The position numbers and the translations under genes are program-made. Shown one piece after another: positions 1 to 12,534 of a stretch of DNA of 64,000 bases (positions within the stretch are counted from its first letter, which is position 1; each line of letters begins with the position of its first letter). The stretch is from positions 131,902,082 through 131,966,081 of the forward strand of contig NC_068984.1 of assembly GCF_001194135.2 (NCBI RefSeq), written 5' to 3'. A model generated the notes under the pieces. It saw only the letters and a program-made list of their open reading frames with translations, did not search any database and was not told where the DNA came from. Origin of the DNA: Octopus bimaculoides. Its lineage: Eukaryota.

Positions 1-213
1 AAACAATAGTTGACAATACGACAATTCTATAAAATATGAGAAGAGCATCAATGGAAGTTTTGCTAACAGAGAATATAAGTCAAAAATCAACACACTTACA
101 CAATATACATACGGAATTAAGTACGAAAACTATAGGATTTAATCACTGAATAATTTTTAAAGCTGAGATTGAAAGAAGAAGAAAAGAAGTCACCAGTATC
201 CCCATGTGTTGTG

Positions 214-475
214 TCAGGTTCGGCATGCCAAAGAATAGAACCAACGCTTTCTCTTCTTGTCGTAAAAGGCTGTTGAAAACAGGTTGAGGTAATTCCGGCC
301 TCGTAAAACCCTCATCAGCAACGACGACCCAAATAGACCCATGCGTTGGAGGGTTGTCACCTGAGTGGTGCTAGGTGTTATCCGCCAGCAGTAGGAAATC
401 ACCAAGAAATGGTGGATGCAGTGACGCGCTGTTACAGCGCATGCCCCTACTACTACTACTACTACAAGTATTTCC
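214..475. repeat. Probable decayed retroelement 3' end with (CTA)n tail
   Basis: GC-richer island ending in a (cta)n run. Family not identified. Confidence 0.3.
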
Positions 476-959
476 ATGGTTTTCTGTGACCCAATGAAAA
501 TCGCGACATTCTACGATCATTTTATTCTGAGGATAGAGTTGGGATAATTTTGAAATGTTAATGGATTCATGGATTTAGAAATGCTAATGATTTATATCTA
601 AAATAAAGGACTAATAAGAAAATATGAAAATTTTCACAAAATTAATAAAACTTGAAAATAGTCGTGGTTTTCAAAGCATGCTTGAAAGAACAGCTGTTTA
701 TGAATAAATATGTATACATACATACATATTTTTTAATAAATGTGTATATGCACATACAAATGCATACATGCATATATACACAGTCTCTCTCTTTCACGCA
801 TACATAATAAAGACCATTGACAGTTCACTAAATACTTTGCAAGATAAATTCTCGAACTATTGAAATTATCTTCTTTTCGAGAAAAAAGTAAAGTACTTCG
901 TACCAACTGCCAAATGAGAAAGTAAGATGATCTCAAGAAACAAAACTTCTACAAAATTG

Positions 960-1535
960 TTAAGCCCTTGAAGAAAAGACGTCTGATTGTCTGGAGACAA
1001 GAAGACAGCTGTGAATACATGTTTCTGCATCAAGAGGCGTCATCAACGCACCAGCAACTGTACTATTTAAACTCTTCTGTCAGTTTCACGTAGTGATCTC
1101 AAATTCTACCAAACGGGTGATCATGTGGAAACTGAATGTACCCTCAAAGAAATACACAGAAGATGCTTATGAGGTGAAGCTTGCCAAACAGAGCAATGCA
1201 GAAATCGATCGGGGCTGGCAGGAATGTTGCGAGGCAATTGAGGTGAGCTGCCGAGATTTTGTAGGGCGTGCATTCAGCAAAGCTTATACAGGGCTCGGAG
1301 TTACAGTTAAGAGAAAGACTATAAATTCCATCACTGTAGCTGTAGAGAATGCCACTAGACGGCTTTGGATAAAGAGGTCAGACCAGTCGTTTGTTACTAT
1401 TGGGATGCAAGCTGGGACTTCATCGACCCTTTTTGGATCAACTAAGCGAGAGAAATCTGACGTTGAAAGGCTTGAAACCCGATGAGATCCCAGAAACATC
1501 ACCGACAATGCGTCTCAGAGCATCTGCGAGATGTC
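960..1535 (+). mobile_element. 3' remnant of a HERO-clade (restriction-like endonuclease) non-LTR retrotransposon
   Basis: ORF 1093-1485 (VISNSTKRVIMWKLNVP...AYEVKLAK...GWQECCEAIEVSCRDFVG...ATRRLWIKR...GMQAGT) follows the recalled HERO C-terminus (S..KQV...ELTVPWE...AYERKL.KY...GW...EPIEVGCRGF.G...A.RWLWIKR...GTQ.G). The catalytic PD motif and the natural stop are decayed. The downstream sequence resembles the HERO 3'UTR. Confidence 0.8.
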
Positions 1536-1870
1536 ACGTAAAACAAGATAAATTCTTGCTTTATTGAATTTACCTTCCCTATCAGTATTACCTCGTCTTT
1601 AGCTAGGACTAACAGAAGTAAATTAGCACCTATAATCACATAAGATTCTTTTTTGCTGTACAGTCACCTTCTTTGCAACACTTTCCCTCAGCATAGTAAA
1701 CACCATTAAAAGTGCGTTGTCTACTGCACTAAAGTCTTCACAATGATCGTGAGACGAATACCCTAAGCCACGTGCCTTCTGTCTGCACACAGCGTTGTTA
1801 TGTGAACACTTAGCAGTAGTGATGTGTGTAGGTCCATGGATCATAGCCAGCTGTCAGTGCAGTCTACACA

Positions 1871-2045
1871 CCATTTTAACGTCCACTTTTCAATGCTTCC
1901 AATTTGTTGAGGCAGATTTTCAGCAGCCGAATGCCGTTTCTGTCACCCATCTTCCCCTGTTTCCAAGCAAGGTAATATATTCCGATAGCCAGACATGTTT
2001 CACATGGAAGACTGGAAACGAACGAATATAAACGAGCGTCATCAC
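1871..2045 (-). mobile_element. SINE family B (RTE-like tail) copy
   Basis: tttaacgtccacttt...tttgttgaggcagatttt...cacctgtttccaagcaaggtaata...ggaagactggaaacga recurs at 22131-22330 and 30237-30430. Confidence 0.75.
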
Positions 2046-2236
2046 CACATAAGATGAAGATGTTCATTCATAATCATCTCATGATGTCTAGACAAGGATA
2101 CTTACAAACACTCACACAACCATAAGCTAATGAAGTTCATAAGATAATCGTTTATTTCTTTGTCATCTCTTTTTCTTATTACCACTCTGTACTCAACTAA
2201 TGGCTCATTCAGAAGCTTACGTATATCGAGTTCTTA

Positions 2237-2716
2237 CATCATCATTGTCGTTTAACGTCCGCTTTCCATGCTAGCATGGGTTGTACGATTTGACTGAGGA
2301 CTGGTGAACCAGATGGCTACACCAGGCTCCAATCTGAATTGGCAGAGTTTCTACAGCTGGATGCCCTTCCTAACGCCAACCACTCAGAGAGTGTAGTGGG
2401 TGCTTTTACGTGCCACCGGCACGAAGGCCAGTAAGGCGGTACTTGTCAACGGCCACGCTCGAAATGGTGTATTTTACGTGCCACCTGCACAGGAGCCAGT
2501 CCATCGGCACAGGCAACGATCTCGCTCGAATGTCTTTTCACGTGCCAGGAAGGCGACGTTGGTAACGATCACGATCAAATGGTGCTATTTACGTGCCCCG
2601 AACGGTGCTATTAGTGATCTACTGGTACAGGTGCCATCACGATTTCGCTTGCCCCAACAGGTCTTCGCAAGCAGAGTTTAGTGTTGAATGAAGAGACGTT
2701 GGCATGGGTGCCAGTC
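2237..2716 (-). mobile_element. SINE family A (RTE-type 3' end with (GAT)n tail), long copy with internal sub-repeats
   Basis: catcat..tttaacgtccgctttccatgctagcatggg...ctacagctggatgcccttcctaacgccaaccactc is near-identical at 16574, 27121, 27745 (inverted) and 59621. Confidence 0.85.
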
Positions 2717-2792
2717 TACAAATTTAGTTCGATTTCGATTTTCTTACATATATCTGGTTTTTAGTATCACAATGCCTAAGAGAAATATATAT

Positions 2793-3146
2793 CTTTTAGT
2801 GGTTTCAGTCATTTGACTGCAGCCATGCTGGGGCATCACCTTGAAGGGTTTGTCAAACAAATCAACTCCAGGACTTATTTTTTAAAGCCCGGTACTTATT
2901 TTTGGGCGTCTTTTTTGCTGAACCACTAAGCTGCAAGGACATAAACACCAGTAGTAGTTGTCAAGCAGTGGTGGTGGGGGACAAACCTAACACACACACG
3001 GAGCTTCTTTCAGTTTCCATCTACCAAATCCACTCTCAAGGCCCAAGGCTTTAATAGAAGACATTTGCCCAAGGTGCCATGCAGTGGGACGGAACCCAGA
3101 GCCATGTGGTTAGGAAGTAAGCTTCTTACCAGGCAGCTACACCTGC
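2793..3146 (-). mobile_element. SINE family C (tRNA-head) copy
   Basis: Reverse complement of the ggagtggctgtgtggtaag...gggttcagtccc...ccagcatggccgcagtcaaatgactgaaac family, with full copies at 28674 and 32202. Confidence 0.8.
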
Positions 3147-4334
3147 ACACACAAACTTGTATGTTTGTTTGTTTGTTTACATCCACACAGATCCACTGTT
3201 GGCATGCCAAAGATGTTACAACAGAAAAATAAGACAATACAAGTTCTTCAGGAAAGTGAAATTAATTTATTAATTTAAAATCAAAAAAATTTAAAAGAAA
3301 AATGGGGGAGGAGGAAAATCAGAAAAAAAAAAATCTTCAAAAAATTAATCTTTATAAATAATTCTTGTTTTTTTTGTTTGTTTGAATATTTTGTTAAATT
3401 TATTCATTTATTTATTCATTCGAATCACAACTTAAAACCTAGAACTCTCTGATGAGGTAGCATTTTTTGAATGATGCCAAGAGCTAAGGCTAGTTTTGAA
3501 CAAAGACATCACGGGATGGGAAGGGATGTTGAAGAAGAGGAGGTAGAGAGAGAGAGAGCGAGATAGAGAGAGAAAAAGAGCCTGTAAACATCAGTTCTTG
3601 GGTCAGTTGGTTCCAAACTCAAGTTTTTACACCGTACACTGCATACCTACATCCAACTTACTAAAAGTTTTTAAGCTTTTTATTTTATTTATTTATCTTT
3701 TTATTTACAAAAATTTCCAAGCAGCTTTCCTGTTTTCTTGTCTAGAAATCCTTGCAATGACCAGCAACACCAAACACCCATCAGCCACCTGAATGTTGGC
3801 AGGATCTAAAAAAAATCTAACATCTGTGGGATTTTTTTTTTTTTTTTTTTTTCTTTTTCCAGCAGTAACTTGAAACAAAATCTTCACAGTTAAAATTGGA
3901 TGGGGAAGTGTGTTAAAAAAAGAAGTTAATAATAAATTCTATCTACTATAGGTACAANNNNNNNNNNNNNNNNNNNNNNNNNNNNNNNNNNNNNNNNNNN
4001 NNNNNNNNNNNNNNNNNNNNNNNNNNNNNNNNNNNNNNNNNNNNNNNNNNNNNNNNNNNNNNNNNNNNNNNNNNNNNNNNNNNNNNNNNNNNNNNNNNNN
4101 NNNNNNNNNNNNNTATTTTGCAGAGAAAAGTGTAGGTGGCTAGCTGTGAACTCAAACTCACATCCTCGTGATTACATGTCACGATGCTTTGACCGATTAA
4201 GCTAAACTACCCACTACAAATTCCTCTGCAAATTAAGATATATAAATCTCGCTTTATGAGACGCTCTCATATGTTAAATTCAAATTACGACAAACGTATT
4301 GTCGTAATTTGAATTTGTAATAATAATCCTTTCT

Positions 4335-5070
4335 ACTGTAGGCACAAGGCCTGAAATTTTTAGGGGAGGGGATAGATGATTAAATTGACCCAGTAGTCAA
4401 CTGGTACTTTTTTTTTTTTTTTCAATCAATCCTGAAAGGACAAAAGGCAAAGTAGACCTCAATGGAATCGGAACTCCGAACAGAAAGACAAACAAAACGC
4501 TGCTAAGCATTTTGTCCAGCATGCTAATGATTTTGCAATAAGTATATTAATTAAAACATTGATCTCTAACTTGAGCACAAGGCCATACATGGGAAGAGGA
4601 AGGAGGCAGTTAATAATTGATTGCATCTATCCCACCCAACCCCCAGCAGATTACCGGGAAGTACTTATTTCATTGACCCAAGGAAGATGGAAGATGAAAG
4701 GCAAAAGTCAATCTTGATAGAATTTCAACACAGAACAAAGGGTCATAACTAAATACTGCATAGCATTTAGTTTGACACTAACAGTTCTGACAAAATCATC
4801 CACTGCCCAAATAGTAGAAGTAGTAATAATAATGATGATGATGATGAAGATGATGGTTTTTAATATAAGCGCAAAGCCTGAAATTTGGAGGAGGGGAACA
4901 GTTGATACTAGTGACTCCAGTACTTGACTACTTTTATTTTATTGACCCTGGAGGAAATGAAAGGCAAATTTGACCTCGGTGGGATTCGAACTCAAAATGT
5001 AGAGAGCCAGAACTAATACTGCAAGGCAGTTTGTCCAAAGCTCTAATGATTCTGCCAACCCACCGCCCTT
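4335..5070 (-). mobile_element. Tandem array of three decayed SINE family D copies
   Basis: Three repeats of cacaaggcctgaaattt...gaccc...gaaaggcaaagt.gacctc..ggaatt.gaactc, separated by (aat)n/(gat)n runs. Confidence 0.75.
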
Positions 5071-6225
5071 AATAATAATTGTAATAATAATAATAACCGT
5101 AATTATAATCTTTTATGAAAGATTAGTTATCAAAAACCAAGCATAATTTTGGTGGTAGCAAAAACTTGTTTGAAAAATCCAACATAGTAATTGAAGAGAT
5201 GGAAAAGAAATAGACAACAGGGTCACTATTGTAAATATATTTTAATATTTTTTTTCCATTCTACTGAACCACCGGAGACAGTATTTAGAGTTTATATAAA
5301 CTGTTCAACTGTCTTCTGAATAGCCAGTAATACCCAGAACAAACATCCTTTCAACCAATCAAATTTCTATTAATATAAGAGATAGACCACCTATACACCC
5401 ACACAAATTTGCAGTAACAGCACTCTGTAAACAGAAGGGGGTCGGTAACACCACTTTGTAACAGAAGATGAAAAGAAAAAAAAAAAAATCCTTCAAAAGT
5501 TAATTATATATACAAGCTAAATTCCTCACCCTAAAATGTTTTGTAAAATGAACTTGATTGGTCCATGTCAATTAAAAACCAGTTTTTATCTGGTGCAACA
5601 CTCCCATAATCCAAGACATTTCAGTAAATTTGTTGCCAACTTTCTGCAGAAGAAATCAAACGATATTGTGACTTACTAATATAAGAGCATTTTTATCAAA
5701 CCCCCAAATTCATAAATTGCTAATCAAGTAATTGTTTTAGTGAAGTTAAAAAAATATTTAAATGACCAGCTTATGTATGGTTAAAAAAAAAATCACATAA
5801 TTATCACTAACAATGATCCCAATATAGGATAGGATCGTTGTTTAGCCCTAGGTCAGTCCCTAATGAGTAGAAATATGATGAAAGGCATAGCAGCTATGAT
5901 GATACTGTCTTTTTGTGCGTCCTGATGGAGATTTGGCTGATATATTTAGCAGGTCTAGGAAACTATATAGAGGCTCCTTCATTGGATCACAGTTACTAAT
6001 GGTCTCTTCAAAAATGATCACAAAGCAGTAATTAATGAGTACACTAAATAATTAACAACCAAGTTAATATTACAACTTCTAACTTTTCCTTTTTTTATAC
6101 CAACTTGCCTGAAACTACCCATAGTTTAATGAAAGTGTAGTGAGACTTAGGATATGAACCTAATTCTCTAAATTATCAGGCCATCCGCATACATTTGTCA
6201 TGTGCATGTTTTATTTATCAACTAA

Positions 6226-7135
6226 TTGTCTTGCAGGAGATTATGTCACAAAGTTAGAACAAAAGTGTATGTCCTTGAAATTTGTGAGCTTTTCTCTAGT
6301 GATAAGCAAAGCCCTTTGAAGATCAAACGCAGTGTTGAGGGCAATTTAAAAATGCAAACCTCAACTTTTGCCAAACAAGCCAGAACAATCACAGAAGTTG
6401 AGACCCACCAGAGAGCAACACATGATTCTTGGTACTTGTGTGACAATGTTAGGAAGAATCATTTGACTACCATAGATTCATTTTCCTCAAGTCTCCCCAT
6501 AGAGATCAAGGGCAGAGCCTTGAGGACCTTTTGATAAACTCACATCCTGAATTTTGATTCAAGACCAATTTTTTCCTGTCCCTTGAGTAATGACCATAGA
6601 ATTTAGACACTATGAAAAGTTGATTCTTATATCCAAAGTATCTCTACAAGTGAGTATCTGAAAATCCATGTGTACACACACACACACACACACACACATT
6701 GCAATTTAATTTGTGTAAATGTTAATACAGATATTTTCCCTATCTTTCCATTTGTTTTCTCTCCTCATTCCTTTCTGTAGAACAGTGTAGGCTTGAAATG
6801 TCAAAGATTCTTCCATTTTTTTTCTGAGTTCCCTCACCTAGGGAACAATAAACATATGGAAAGAGGGGGAAAATGTATCCATATTAACGTTTGTATGTGT
6901 ATGTATGTATGTCTATGTATATATATATATATGTCTAATTTGTGCATACAAACACACACACACACACATACATAGAGCCTTTCTTTAAATAAATATATTA
7001 CAAAATGTTTGCAAGTTTTGTTCCTGTTTACAACACATGCAGCCCAGCCCAAACCATAATAATCTCTCACTCACCACAACCAGGCAACTATCCACGAGAC
7101 AAAGGTGGCCCAATGCAAACAAGCTATCTTACCAC
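6226..7135. repeat. Copy 1 of a diverged ~0.7-0.9 kb direct repeat
   Basis: Collinear with 8070-8770: ttgcaggagatta, tgataagcaaagccct, acctcaacttttgccaa, catgattcttgg, tagaatttaga, caatgcaaacaagctatcttacca. Confidence 0.8.
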
Positions 7136-8069
7136 AACATACTGGTGACCCCAACTAGAAAAGTATAGCACTTCACTGATGGATCATGGATTATTCCTCT
7201 GTACAGACTGGAGAAAGCCTATGCTGTTAAAATCTCCATGGAAATTCAGGAGGCTATAGAGGAAGCTGTCCATTTGACTGGATTTTCTCTTGGAAACATA
7301 GGTCTTCCAAGCTTTTTTTGCTGTGGCAGCGGTAGGTAAATAATATTCAATGAATCCTAACTTCAAAAGACTCATCACAGGAATAGACATGTTTGTAAAA
7401 ACAATTCAAGATGATCTGCTTGCTGGAATCAGACCTGGTTACTTGTCAATATGATACAAAGACTGTGCTACATTAGGAGTACTGAGATTTGCTTCAAAGG
7501 TCAAAGGTTACAGTCCCAAGACAATGAAGAGATGTCTTTTTTTTTTCATAAGAACATCGTACTAGGAGTAAGAACCATCTTTAGTTCTGATGAGGAAATT
7601 GATGTTTGACCATTACTTACCATATTATCAATCAATGGAAATAGAGCCAAGTTCACCATTTTCCATCACAGAAAATAATTATTTTACAATGCAGATGGCC
7701 TTACAAGGGGAGAGAAGAGCCTCAAATGCAATCTAATTAGATGGAGTAGATTATGAAATAGTGGTTATAACAATTCATCTACTAATAATAACTGATTCTG
7801 CGAAAGGTGTAACCACATGTTTTTCCAATAATGAAGTAGAAAGAGAATTCACAGAACTGAAGGACCTGAAATGACTGCTGATACAGACATTTTAGATGCA
7901 GGTAAACCCTAATCAGGAGATCTAGAATTAGATGTAAATGAGATCTGGAGAAGGTGAAAGTTCAATGAAAGTAATACTTAGACAAGAGGCAAAGGCCCTT
8001 TTACACAGGGTTTCATTCAAGACAAAAATCATTGGAAACTTCTTGGTCAAAAGTTAAAAGAGTTGGTTG

Positions 8070-8770
8070 CTTTTGCAGGAGATTACACCACAAAAGTGAA
8101 TGTCCATGAGATTTGTGCACTTTTCTCGAATGATAAGCAAAGCCCTCAAAGATCAAGTGCAGAGTGTCAAGGGCAACTGAAGAACACAGACCTCAACTTT
8201 TGCCAAGCAAGCTGGAACAAGCACAGAGGTTGAGCAACTCTCTAGAGAGCAGCACATGATTCTTGGTGCCTGTGCGACCATGTTATGAAGAATCCTTTGT
8301 CTTTAGAGCACATCTTTATGTAAGTACCATAAACTCCATTTCCTCACCTCTTGCCACACACATCAAGGGCAGTACATAGGAGAGTTCTAGATAAACTCAC
8401 ATCTCAATATTCATTGAAGACCAATTCATTCCAGTCTCTTGAGTAAACCACTAATGACTGTAGAATTTAGATACCATGAAAAGTCAATCCTTATCCTAAG
8501 TCACTACCAGTGACTCTCTAAAAATCTATGTACGCTATATATGTGTATGTGAATTTATATATATACACACACACACAGACACATGACTGCAGCTGCATGG
8601 CTGAAATGAATAAAAGAATATGTATGCGTGTGTGTGCATAGCCTATCATTAAATAAATTTATTACAAAAAGGCTCACAACTCATTTCCTGATAACAACAC
8701 CTGCAACCCAGCCCAATCTATATTAATCTCACATCACAACAACCCAATGCAAACAAGCTATCTTACCAAG
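8070..8770. repeat. Copy 2 of the diverged direct repeat
   Basis: Shares the anchors of 6226-7135 in the same order, including microsatellites at equivalent positions. Confidence 0.8.
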
Positions 8771-9832
8771 ACATCATGATAAAAGAAAACTGCCTGGTTT
8801 AAAGTCATTTATACAACTTTCAACCCTTTTGATACCAACCTGCCCGAGATTTCCCTTAGTTTTATGATACAAAAACTGCTTGTTTTAAAGACTGCTTAAA
8901 TTTAAACCTATCATAATTATATGGAAGAATTATATAAGCTGAAGTCCACAGAGAAAAGTTGGTTTATTTTACTAAATGTTCCAAACTATTATTTTTAAAA
9001 TTAACTAAAACACATGGACAGTGTATTTTACAAAAGGCTTAATTCACCGACAATTATTGTACAAGCGAAAGTCAGTGATGGGAGGAAGGTATTGGCGTTA
9101 ATACCTATTGCAGATATGTAGAGGAAAATGATTAATTAAAAGAGGGCACATGTGTGAGGAGGATCATTGCTGTTTTGTGTGGGCGTCAGAACCCTAATCT
9201 AACAGATTGGGTAGGCAAAAGTTTCTGTTCCCTTGTCTTCTTACCTTGAAATTGGTAATATCAAAAATTTATTTTATATGGAATATTTGTAAAAGAAAGA
9301 AAAAAAAAAACCTAAAACAAATTATTCCGTTTTAGTTCCAGAGATGGGAGAGAAAAACTTGCACAGGGGCACAGAGAGACAGACACTTGGAATATGGAGG
9401 AAACAAAAAAAAAAAAAAAAAAAAAAGTAAACTGAAATTTAAGCAAAAAAAATTCAAATTGATAAAAATAGAATTGGAAAGAGGAAGGAGGGGGATGACA
9501 ATAAAAGTGGGACCTGTTTGTGTTAAGGATTTGTTTTTCTAAAAAAAAAATTAAAAGTCAAATAAAAACAACATAATAAAGCTGTCCATGAGAAACACTG
9601 TAACAATTTCTCAAAAGAATAGCTACAAGTTATTTATAAACCTTAAAGAACTGGTCAGTCAGATGTCCAGAGTCTTGAGCGCTTACCATAGGAAGCATAT
9701 AGCAATCAAGGCAGATTGGTAAATGCAATAATCAATCACGTTACCAACATCCCACTGTGAAATCATGATCAAACACCAGCTGTGTTCTGTGTATTGCTGC
9801 TACGTGAGCGAACTATCAGATGTTAGACAATG

Positions 9833-12534
9833 TCAAAGAGTAAACTTCACCTCTTGATTAGAATTTTGTCTTTGAAGCGATTCAGTTTTGGGGAAATCTA
9901 TCTCCACATAGGTCAGAGGTGAAACACTTTTTTCTTCAGCACCAGAAGAATGGCGACTTTTAATGGAATTTGGAGACTTCTGGTGAAGGTCTGAACATTC
10001 TGTTAGTGTTTCTGTTGAGCTCAATTCAAGAGAAGCATAGTTCAGTTCCGTCTCACAGCTTGAGCTATGTTTTAAAGAAGACAGAGGGTTGCCTGTTATG
10101 GGTGGAATCAAACAAACTTCTGTATAGCTGTGACGGCCCTGCAGTCCCAAACTCTCAGACTTTTTCGGTTGTGCCGAGTCAGAAGCAATACTTGAACAAC
10201 TGTTGTTTTTTGTCATGAAAGACTGTTCAGAGGAGTGGCTGTCACTTTTGGAGGATCTGAAACATTCCCCATCACTTTTCTTTGAAGGCCTTCGCTCAAC
10301 ATTAACAAAACTTTCTGAATTCTCTGCCGTGTGGTTAGACTGGTCTAATATTTTCATGTTAGACATCATTTCGGAGCACTGATTAACATTTCTATCTTCC
10401 TGTCGGCTTTCATCTGAACCAGTTTCACTAACATTTTTGGGAACCTCAGAGAGTTTTTCTTGAGAAAGAACTGGATTGGGATTCCCCAATCTTGTCGATT
10501 CCTTTTCACTGGAAGAAATCTCATCTGTATCTACCAGCCAACTACTCTGCCTCAAGGGTTTCTTATATGTCTGCTCTTCATGGCAGTTTGACCATGACAT
10601 TGGGTTCAAAGGTTTCTCATTTCTACCTGGTGCTTGACCGAATGACAAATTAAAATACTCTGCATTTTCAGTTTCAGTTGGACAACTGATAGGAGAGGTT
10701 GATGTTGAGGCAGATTTTGCATGCAATGAAGTGGAAGTTGTCTTACAAGAGTCTATGGAAGGTGCTGTATATTGGGCAAAACTAGATGCAGCAGGTGGGG
10801 AGTAAAGGTCAGTTTTCACAGGCATTGATGAATGTCGTTTGTGAATCACTTTCATAGTATCACGATTACATCTTTTTGTACTTTGAAGGTTATCGTTGCA
10901 AGAAGTGGAAAGACTTTGTATATATTCAATGCCCGAAGGAACAGTACATGGAGCAGATGAAGGCTCGTGTCTGTATTGCTGTCTGGGGTCAAACACAACG
11001 TAAGGCTCAATTTCAGCAGCTTTTGCTTTTTCACAGTTGAAAGGAAAAGAATTTGAGAAAAATGGATCAAAATTAGAACTGAACATACTCTGAGGCCTTT
11101 TGGCATCAGACTTTCCCAATATAATGTCACTGTCAAATTTCTCTTTCCGAGAAGTGCAGCTATCATTTACTTTTTTAGAAAGTGTATCATTGTCATATTT
11201 TTTCATGGCATTGCTTGCGTTGTAAGAGAGTTCAATATAGGCATCTTCTACATCAGAAGGCTTTTCTTTATGGTTTCGAAGCCCATAACTAGGGCAAGAA
11301 ATGTTACTTTCATCATATGGGGGCCTGATCGGTTTGGGAAAATCCATGTTAAAATAAGGATCCCCAGCACTTTCCTGCTTACGAAGGGTTGCCAATGCCT
11401 GAGACCTGTTATCATGAGAGACACTCTTTGTGCGTCTAACACCCAAATCAGATGGGACACGTTCAGTTTTAGAACGTAGACTTAGCCTTTCTGAAAACCC
11501 TGAGTGCGTACATGGTACATACCGATCGACATCTTTGTGCCAACTATTACTACCTGAGTCTGATTCATCATCAGAATTAGATTTTATATGAGAAACTACC
11601 TTGTCAGGAACAGGCCCTGGTTTAAGGGAGTGATCAGTTTTCCTTTGTCCATAATACTTATCAAATGGGTAACATTGACAGCTGGAATATTCTCCCAGGC
11701 TCATTGACATCACAGGTGAGTTAGTTTTCATATTAATTACATCACACACAGGTGAATGTTTTGGACTGGATGAGAAACCAGTCATCTCCAGGTAAGTTGA
11801 CATTTCTCCACCTGTATTTGACATGGAACTTACTGGAAGATGTGCGTGAAAAGATTTAGACATGCTCCCTTTATTCTTCCCCATCTCTATGGCATCGTTG
11901 TTCTTTTTACTGTGGTATTTCCAATGTGTGCCATCAGGGCCAGGTAAGAAAGCTAATGAATAAGGATCCTTTTGTAAAGATTCCTGGGACATTTTGCGAA
12001 GAAGTTCTTCTGAAGTAGTTCTTACCGATTCAAAAGAGCTCCGTTTAAAGCACCTTGAGCTGTGACTAGACGATCTTGGACGATGACCCTGAGTCAAAGA
12101 TTTTCCCAAGCTGGACGCTCTTGGCCTGCATCCATAGCTATCACTAGCTGTGCGAGGACGACCAAATTCCAACTCGGAAAAATCAGAATCTTCCGACTTG
12201 TATGAGCCACAAGGTGGACTGTTGGAAGGAAGCGAGTGATTGGATGATGTGTTGGAGGACTTTTGTTTCTGTGAGATCAGATGTGGGGCACTGGAACATC
12301 GACTGTTATCCATCATTCCTAACATAGCTAGTTTTGCATCACAACCTTGTGGCTTCAACACCGTCTTTGGTTGAGGTTTGCATCCAACTGAATAAGAACG
12401 TTTTGGTATATCCTTCTCAACAGATATAGTCTCATCAGATATCAGATAACTGTGACCACGATTAGGACGTAAGCTGCTGCTACCTTTGGGACTGTGGCCA
12501 GGTGGAGTCATTTGGAGATAATGTTCTTCTGGGC
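9833..12534 (-). CDS. IRS: IRS terminal coding exon (899 aa; YLQM, YLEM, YFNM, RSYSVG, LNYASLEL, LTYVEIDF, ends VKFTL*)
   Basis: 2.7 kb open frame from the ORF track. Acceptor ttattttctgcag|gccc, TGA at 9833-9835. The ORF portion 12535-12631 is intronic. Confidence 0.95.

Noticed and set aside
2400-2681. Similar ORFs at 2400, 16745, 27245 and 59689 suggesting a small gene family
   Set aside because: All are translations of family A SINE copies.
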